A DNA stretch of 64,000 nucleotides from Trichoplax adhaerens (taxonomy: Eukaryota > Animalia > Placozoa), in contig NW_002060943.1 of the NCBI RefSeq assembly GCF_000150275.1, forward strand, positions 8,893,070 through 8,957,069, read 5' to 3'. Each line of letters begins with the position of its first letter. Position 1 is the first letter of the stretch. Below, piece after piece: positions 55,038-64,000 of this stretch. Made by a program: the position numbers and the translations under genes. A model generated the notes under the pieces. The model worked only from the letters and a program-made list of their open reading frames with translations, ran no database searches and was not told the origin of the DNA.

Positions 55038-57811
55038 AGAAAAATAATAACCAATCATTTTACCGTTGCCTAGTGTTGCTGGTAACTTTTAAGGAAAAAC
55101 AGAAATTTGTCATTACAGTATTGCACTTACTAATGACGTTCTGAAAGCTCTCATTATTTCTAAAACACATCTTTCATTATTTGTATGTCATAAATCCGCT
55201 TACAGCATTTCCAAAATTTCTTGAAAAGAAAAGATATAGGGATAATAACACCATTTGATAAGAATTAGAATAAAAATTACTCTTCACTCTTAAGTCCATA
55301 TTCTTTCAATCAACAACTCAGTCCTTTAGGCCTTATTTCTGTTGCATGTAATCTGCTAAGTATAACATACAAGGTGATAAGATTTTAGTTCATGCGATAT
55401 TACTACATTATAAAAGATCTTGGTATATGTGGCAATTAATTCCAATCAATAAGTTACAGTAACTACGTAAGGGCTTGAAGAATGAAATTTTTGTTTGGTG
55501 CGAGTATTATAGAAAAATCGTATTGCTTACGATTTCTTACGGCTATTAACGCTACAACCTGAAATAAATTAATATAATATTGTAGCTATGAATAACGCGG
55601 GTAAAATACCTTTCTTACGATATATTAGACTATAAATTACCGTGATTTTATTGATAAAAGGTATTCGTAGATGGAGGAAAAAAATATATTTCCTTTTACG
55701 ATTATCTTCGCCAAAATGCAATAAAAATATCGCAATACTATTCCAGCTAATCTTAAAAATCAAGTTCTTATAAAATAATTACTTCAGTCAAGATAGAAAT
55801 AAAAAGGCTTTCATTAGAGAATTGAAGAATAGTGAAGGGTTAATTCACTACTAGCAAGAATCTAATTTAAAGGATATTGAGCTCAATAGAGGTGCAGTTT
55901 AAGCTCTTATCTGCACTTCATAAATACAATTTAATCTGTTTACGGCAGCAAAGTTGCTTACAAACGGACTTGAGCCATCAAATAAATACTTTTCTTCTAA
56001 AATAGACGATCTCTATATTTTATCATATAAATCAATCAGCTTAAAATATCATTGCTCTTCTGTTAATGTATAAAACTGCAAGGTATTTGGCCTCTACACA
56101 ATAATTTATTACGTCAGGTCAGTTGAATCTTGTAACGTACTTACGCCAATATTTGCAATTAATAATATCTAACAGAGAAATTAGCAATTATTTAGTATTA
56201 GCATCATATTAGAAATTGAACTATAGAAAATATTGCCTTCAAGACAATCAAATACGGGTTGTATGACTATACAAACATAAACTATAAATGAATAAGAAGA
56301 GCAAGTTAGTTTCGACACATGCATTATTTCTTATGCTTCACTCTTAATGTACCATAGTTTCTATAGGCTTGCCGTGAATATAATAAGCCTTGTAAGTATT
56401 GTTTAGCTTATTTTATATGTAGGAAGCTGTTCATCTGGTGTGCCAACGACTCTAACGTATATGGCTGGAGAAACCAGAATAGTTATATTTGAGCCAGACT
56501 GATTGTTTAATTGACGCAACATTCAAAACTAAATATCTAAAGTCATTATCATGGGGAATTTCTCTAGATTTAATGAAGTACTTTCCTTAAATCAAAGTTA
56601 GCTAATAGAAAGGAATTCTGAAAGATATCAATCTTAAGTATCCTAATTTCATTGCTTTCGAATAGTCAATTAATGACCGAGATGATTGACATGCGATTGG
56701 CATTGCATTAGTATGCCGGTGAGTTCTGAATCACAAAACTAATTGCTTCTATACTTGAAACGGAAATGAAAGCCTTATGGCTAATCATTGGTAAACTATT
56801 ATCTTAAATTAAACTATTAGATCTGTATTCCGCTGTGAATACTAAAGGAACTGTATTGAAATTGTCTGCCTGAGAAAGAATTACGAACGAATTTTATTTC
56901 GTAAAACCGGCTTACTATACTTATTTCAGTGATCTTTGAACTCGAAATCGCGCTACAATTACGATAGCAGAAGGGATTTATTTTGGACCCGAATAAAGAT
57001 CAAATTACTAATGGCTTTCATTCAATGATTTTTGAACCCTAAATTGACTGTGTCATTGCATTTTTGATAGTATAACTCGATTAAATGCTTATGGATTACA
57101 TTGGAATTACCAAGGTTTTCATTCAGCAGTCAATAAAGTGAAGAACACGTACTATAAACTGTAATAATAGTAATCATACTATCATAAATGGGTTGAAATC
57201 ATAAAGATAAATAGAAATTGCTAATGGCTGTCATTCAATGGCCAGATGATAGACATCTATAAATATCTTAGCAAATAAGTTCCGGCCCCCAAAACGCAAT
57301 AGAAATACGTCATTACTAAACCCCTCGAGGGTTTACTCATTTGATTATTCTATAAAAAAATAGCCATCAGCGATGCAGAATTAATTAACCCATTCACCTG
57401 CTTATGATGGCTACGCAAGCCTTCAAGCAAAATTTTTAACTTAGTCTTGTTATATCTTAATAATGAACTGATTTAATAGGATTCTGTGCTATTAAAATGA
57501 ATATTAAAAGCTATAATCGGACCTTGTTCTGCTTGCTGTAGAATTAACAATAGTTTACAAAGGAAAATGGATAATAGCACAGTAGGCGAATCCCCACAAC
57601 GACCTAAGTTAATCGCCAAGAAGATAGAACAAATGAGTGAAAATCAGTTAATTATTAAAGTTAGTTCTAATCCTTAACTACTGTAGACCAATGAATCAAG
57701 GATTAAGTTTCAGGAAAAGATTGATTTTAGAACCTTAAAATATTTTAATTTTTGTCCATCTTGAATGAAATTGGAGTCCATAAATTAGTCATTACCAAGT
57801 CGGTTATCAAG

Positions 57812-60800
57812 ATGGATGATATGATGAGTTTACGTGATACTACGGAGAGAGGCAGCGATAGAAAAAAGGTTAAATCGCCTAAAATATGTCCGAAAATCCA
57901 CTCTGAACATAATGCTAATGTAACGAAGCGTAATTATTCCGCCCTAGCTGCTGTTGCGGTCGTCAGTGTCTTCTTAATGGTGGCGATATCCACATCTGTA
58001 CTGACAGAAGATACAAATACAGCCGGCTTTTCATCCAATTCGAATAGTCTTAATAAAGAATATCGTCGTGAAATAGCGTCTAATGAATTTCCCTATCGTG
58101 ATTTACGTCTACCCAAGCATATCTTTCCCATACATTACCAATTGCACCTTAGACATGATCTAGACAATTTGATAATTCACGGTCATAGTCAAATTGTTAT
58201 TGGTTGTGCAAGGAAAACGAATTTTATTGTTTTTCACCACAACGATTCCATCGTTTTATCCGTCAATATAGCTCTATCTTCAAATGTTAGCAACAAGTTA
58301 CAAATTCGAGATAATCGCTACAGCTCACTACTACAACTACGATACCTTCAATTCGACCAAGACTTACTACCAAATGTCAATTATACGTTGACTATTCAGT
58401 TTCGAAGTAAGATCTATCTAAATTCGATCAATGGACTCTATCGTAGTACATACACAGATGGTAATAATGAAATAAGGTTTGTTGATAGCATTACACTTGC
58501 AAGTGGAAAGGATTAATATTAAGTTATTTTACTACTTTTCTATGTCAAGACTTTATTAATAATAACATAATCATTTTATGGTTATCGAGTTTGGATCTAG
58601 TAGTCTTTGAATAGCAATTTGAGTAATTCAAATAGGATGCTTTTCGTCTACATTGTTCTATTTAATATGATAAAGTTTATTACTACATTCCCTGCTTATA
58701 GTCCATCGTGTCTGTTTTATTTCAATTTTACAGTTAATAATAATTAAGTGATGATTTTCTCACTTTATCAATTAGATATGCCTATGTTACACATTTTGAA
58801 CCTGTTTACACCCGACTTGCATTTCCTTGTTTCGATGAACCGTCTATGAAAGCTACGTTCAAGTTGTTTATTACTCGACCAAGGGAATATGGTGTTCTTT
58901 CGAATATGCCATTGAAAACTGATCGGATTATTTCCAATAGTAGCGCTGAAGCGGAGTTTAAGACGACTCCTCGAATGAGTTCTTATGTAGTTGCTTATAC
59001 GATATTAAATTATACCCACATTAGTACGAAAACATCAACAGGTATCAAGGTAAATATATAACATAGATGTAGACCACTAGTAGTGATATATCAATAATTA
59101 CTGATTTAGTTAATTTGCTAGTAGAAGTAGAGAGAAATTGAATCATTTTTAAATATAGTCAGTTGAGATCCGCTACTATACCGAGAGCTTGTAGATTTTA
59201 TATCGCGTACATTGATCGCCATCAAGGTAAATGTGTACGTAGACGTAGACTGCTATTAATTTCAAGATCACCAATAATACTGGTTTAGTTAATTTGCTAC
59301 AGGAAGTAGAGAAAAAGCGAATCATTTTTTAATATAGTTAGTAGAGATCGGCTACCAGTATTTATAGACTTTGTATCGCATATATTGGTCGTTTTTCTAT
59401 AGAAATAATATTAATTGGGATGGTTTACAAATATAGATCCGCGCTTGGGCAGCACCAGCTAAGATAGATCAAATGAGACTTTCACTCGATTATGGTAGAA
59501 GATCGCTGGAGTTATATGAAAAGCTTTTTGGGGTTTCCTATCCGTTACCAAAACTAGGTAAAAAATTTATTCGACTTACTGCTTCATTATACTTGCGTTA
59601 TTTATATTAAAGGTTTCGATGTACTTAAGCATTAAAGAATTAAAAATATTTTGTTTGTATTCCTATGAAAACCTGAGTTTTTCTCTTAAAAAATGATTAG
59701 GAGTTTTTTCACATTATGAATAGTATCATCCGTCTAAATTTCGCCTACATATCTTGATTTCTATTAAAATATCTAGACCTTGTCTGTGTCAAGAAAGCTG
59801 GAATAAGTGCCATGGAAAATTGGGGGTTGATCACATTTCCGGAAGAATCTTGCCTTTACTATCCAAAGACTGGTACCAACAAACACAGAGTTACCGCAAC
59901 TCCAGCACATGAAATAGCTCATCATGTAAGTGAATATGTTCTTTCCTGATCCTTCTCGTAGTCAATCGATTATGATCTTAATCGGAGCATACTGTAGAGG
60001 GTATATACTATAAAGCTTTAATCTAAAATTCTCATTAACAATGAGGATAATACAATATATATTAAAGCTTTAACGCTCACATTTCGTTTTATTATGAAAA
60101 GTGGGTTGGAGATCTGGTTTCAATAGGGTGGTGGAGTGAATTATTTTTGAAGGAAGGTTTCGCAACGGTTATGGAATTCTATTCTGCCTATTATCTGAAA
60201 TCACCTAAACTTGCAGTAAGATATTATACTACAGAATATTTGTCAGCACAAATAAACTACTTAGCTTACCGTCAAATTTAATTTGCACATAAGATATCTT
60301 CTTCATTATTAAGATCAAAGTATCTAATTAATAAACTAAGATATTTTACGACATTAGCAATTGCAATTCTTTCGAAATAAATGGGAAGGGGCAATAAAAC
60401 GTGATATCTCCAGCACTTCTCATAGTGTTTCCACACCCGTGGATACTCCAGCGCAAATTAATGCGATATTTGACGGTATCATTTATCAAAAGGTAACTAA
60501 ATCTAATCTAATAAAAACCTACACTCGATAGAATCTTAAATTTATTCTTTCTTATTGTATTCGTCAACTTCTTCAGTTACAGCTATATTTTATCTGTTCA
60601 TACAATTATAAATAGCAGTTAGTATGAAGGACTTTTTTCCGTCCAGCTCAATAACTTCCATATCATTTTATTCTATCCTACTCTTGCAAACAGCAAGCAT
60701 GAATTGTTTGCTTGCCACCAACAATTCAAATAGCTTAGTTTCAATTATAGGAGTACCTCTTACGTATTTGTTTGTGAGTTTAATTATAATATAACTCCAA

Positions 60801-63800
60801 TATCTGAAGACAGAAAATTTTTCACAATTATTTTTGGTTTACGTAAAGAATCAAAGAGTATCCTTTTATTCCCACAATAATATCTATTTCTTTATTATTT
60901 CAATGCATGCAAGTACTAAGATTTCCGAGATTTTATTAATAATTAAGTACATATAACAAGGAACTGTACATTTCTGTTATTATATTAGACTAGTACCACG
61001 TTAATAATTTCACTTGCAACGCACAATACAATTTCCGTTTACTGCCTAAGTGCCCTACTAGCTAAAAACTCTTACATTTAATAAAATTTTCGTAATAATA
61101 CTAATATTTCATTTTCAATTTTTCAAGGGCTCGTGCATGCTTAGAATGATAGAACAATTCATGGGTAGAGAAAAGTTTTTCAAAGGAGTTAATTTATATT
61201 TAAATAAGTTTAAATATAATGCTGCTTTTGGTGCTGATTTATGGAATTCCCTAAGTCAGGTAATTGGGAATATGATATCAAGCAGCGATATTGCTGATCG
61301 ATAGCAACAGCTAACTATAAATATTAGAATCATTACTTTCGGTAGTTCCTATATAACAATCGAGGTTCTATTTCATTATTAGGTAACACATTATGATATC
61401 AATTCAATCATGAAGCCTTGGATACATAAGATTGGATTTCCCATTATCACGGCGTTAGTAGACCGAAATCGACATAAAGTAACCTTTTCCGTTTCGTTAT
61501 ATCCACAAAAACGTAAAGTTCAGCAGAATTCCATAGATACAAAGAATAGGTAACCAACATAATTTTATATTTCAGTTCTTAATAAGCTAGAAAATAGTCT
61601 ATTTTAATTCTTTATATGGAAAATTAAATACGACCATATTCGGATCCATTGCTTGTATTAATCTGTATATAAGGATAACTGTATTGTATGCTTAATATCT
61701 TATGATAGCATAAATTAAGATCAAGATATCTAATTTATAATATATTCTTTATCGATAGCCGTATGTGCATATTTTTCTGTGATTTTCGATATTTGCTCCT
61801 TCAATTATACTAATAAAATCCCTTGAATTTTCTTCGGGATTCATTATGATTAACATTTAATAGTGAGATAGACCGTCAGATACCTTTCACCTTCAGAACG
61901 AACATGGTACACAATGGAAAGTTTTTAATTAAACGTTCTGCGGGTAAGACTACACGTATAGTACCATGTAATTGCAAATGTAGTCTTTTCCGTTCAGAAA
62001 TTTATTAATTTTGAATTCGTTATTAGACTCAATGGCGTTAAAGTCGCCATTTCAATGGTTTAAAGCCAATGTCAACAGTTCCGGATATTACTGTGTAAAT
62101 TATGATCATGATACGTGGAATCAACTTATTCAATTACTGAAAATTGATCATAAGGTAAATGTCCTAATTCTTTACTTTTAACAATTACTTTAACATAATT
62201 TCTGAATGTTCATGAAAAGCAATATATTTTATAGTAGTAATCGTTTTTTCAATTATGTGCTATATTCCATACGTTAGAAATTAAGCCCTTCTGACAGAGC
62301 AGACCTAATAACCGATTCCTGCGCATTGGCTGAGTTAGTACAAATTTGATACTTTAAAGAGGCTATAAAAAGATAATTCTTAGCATGAAAGTAGCAAATA
62401 TAATATTCAAATAATGACAGGCTGTATCTTTCTTATAGAATTGGCGAGTTAAATATTAATATTTTCTTCGGTACAACGGAATATCTTATTCATGAGAAAG
62501 ATGAATTACCACGAGATATGGCATACAATTGCCTGAAAAAAATTCGTTCGTCTTTACAAAGAAAGGCTGATCGAGATAATTTACTAGTAAATAATATCGT
62601 AAAAAGCATGATTTTTACTAATAAATAAAGTTATCATAAGAATATAGATTAAGCCAAGAATTCCCTTACATAACATCATCTTAGAAACAATTTATGATAT
62701 ATACGCGTATTCTTTTGTTAATTCTCGCCTCCGCTTGCGCTATTAGAAATACATTGCATATCTGAAACTAAAGCCACCGCCCGATTTAGACAAAGATAAT
62801 CTGGAAATGGATGATTATAGCTTCCAGTTATCTTCCCAGAATGAGTAAGAATATTTATATGGATAGCCGAAAATATAGCAGAATATATAATAGCCGTTTT
62901 ATTGAATTACTTTCTAAGTTAACATCCGCTAATCGTCGATGTTTTTTACATTACTTTTATTCTATCTAATACATTTACTATAAACACAATAGCTCTTTAA
63001 ATTTAAAACTTTATCAATTTAATTGCTAGCCAGTTTGATTGTGCTATATTATAATAAATTAAGTGCTCTAACCTGTCTAGCAATAAGGAAGACAGCTTAG
63101 AAAAACAATTACTAGCTCTTATTCGTGATGGAACACCAGCTAATTGGTACAGCTTATTTTACCAGTATAAAATGTCAAAGAGGAATTGGGAAAAAATTTC
63201 TATGATTAAAGCTCTGGCATCAACTCCTCATCAATTCTTAATTAAGAGGTGAATAACCATCATAACAATTATCCTTATGTCAGCTTACAATATGCTATTA
63301 GCTTATATCTAGAAAACTAATACAGGTACATAACGGTTGATTCATTTTATATCTAGCCTATTAGAGCTCAGTCTTACCAATAAAGAGCTGTCTCCTAGTG
63401 ATCTAAAAGATATACTAGTAGCAATTAGCCGGAATAGGATTCATAGAAAAAGCCTTTTGAACTTCATGACAGAGAATTGGAAACAATTGGCCGAGAGGTA
63501 ATTTAGGAAATAAATGTTTATAAAATAATTGATAAGCAAGAAAGCGATTTTTATGGTAATGAGATACTTTAACGCTTTATGCAATCACGATCAAATTTTT
63601 TCTAAATTAGGTCTTCTCCCGTAACCATGAAACTGATACTAGATGATCTTGTTCAACAACCTGAAATACACGATAATACACTTGAGGTAATTCAAATAAG
63701 ATTAATTATAATCATTCTATAAATGTCAGCAAAGTGACAGAAAGTTATGTTAGTAATATTATCAAACTGAGATTTATGAATTTTTATGCATGAATATGTT

Positions 63801-64000
63801 TCATTCTAAATTTTAGTTAAATTAAGCTCCATAGTCTAATATTCCCTCTCTCTGGCTTTCATTTAACAATCCTTATATTTCTTTCGCAGCAACAACTGTA
63901 TTAGCTCTCCAAATTAATAATATTTGCATAACCAGTAAACTTAGATTGTACAGTGATGTTGTTTTATTCATCAATCTAGATATCGTTATGTAAATTTCAG
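57812..64000 (+). CDS. Type II membrane M1 aminopeptidase, IRAP/ERAP-like (array paralog D), 3' partial
   Basis: ATG 57812 (MDDMMSL..), [73 protein letters not shown]. The penultimate exon ends at 63686 and the window ends on a tttcag acceptor. Confidence 0.92.
59069..59392. repeat. Intronic tandem duplication, period about 177-180 bp
   Basis: caataat..actg.tttagttaatttgcta..gaagtagaga.aaa..gaatcattttt.aatatagt.agt.gagatc.gctac occurs at about 59092 and about 59272. Confidence 0.88.

Noticed and set aside
57317-57335. Near-palindrome taaaccc(c)tcgagggttta, and a 9-bp hairpin at 380-404
   Set aside because: Short and isolated; plausible by chance in 64 kb.
1-64000. Prokaryotic systems, tRNA/rRNA genes, autonomous transposase or reverse transcriptase
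   Set aside because: None recognised. The remaining short ORFs are intronic or antisense to exons with no motifs.

Overview
AT-rich, intron-dense eukaryotic (animal) DNA with short GT-AG introns and one 50-N assembly gap. Composition and gene style suggest a basal metazoan such as the placozoan Trichoplax (inference only). The window holds five + strand M1 zinc aminopeptidase genes. One is an APN/APA-like gene (5' partial, ends 6422). The other four form a tandem array of type-II-membrane IRAP/ERAP-like paralogs (27.1-64 kb) with intact catalytic residues but diversified specificity residues. On the - strand (8576-19456) is a 27-exon gene made of a triplicated six-exon ankyrin cassette followed by ZU5, a probable UPA-like domain and a death domain. 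Between these, and absent from the ORF track, is an apparently decayed + strand gene (about 21.3-25.0 kb) with a signal peptide, several three-finger (Ly6/uPAR or TGF-beta-receptor-ectodomain-like) repeats and a transmembrane helix. It is followed by a 157-bp satellite with ABAB higher-order structure. An 89-bp TG..CA foldback element with a 4-bp target-site duplication and several local duplications are also present. Exon structures were derived by hand; no database searches were run, and human comparison sequences are quoted from memory.
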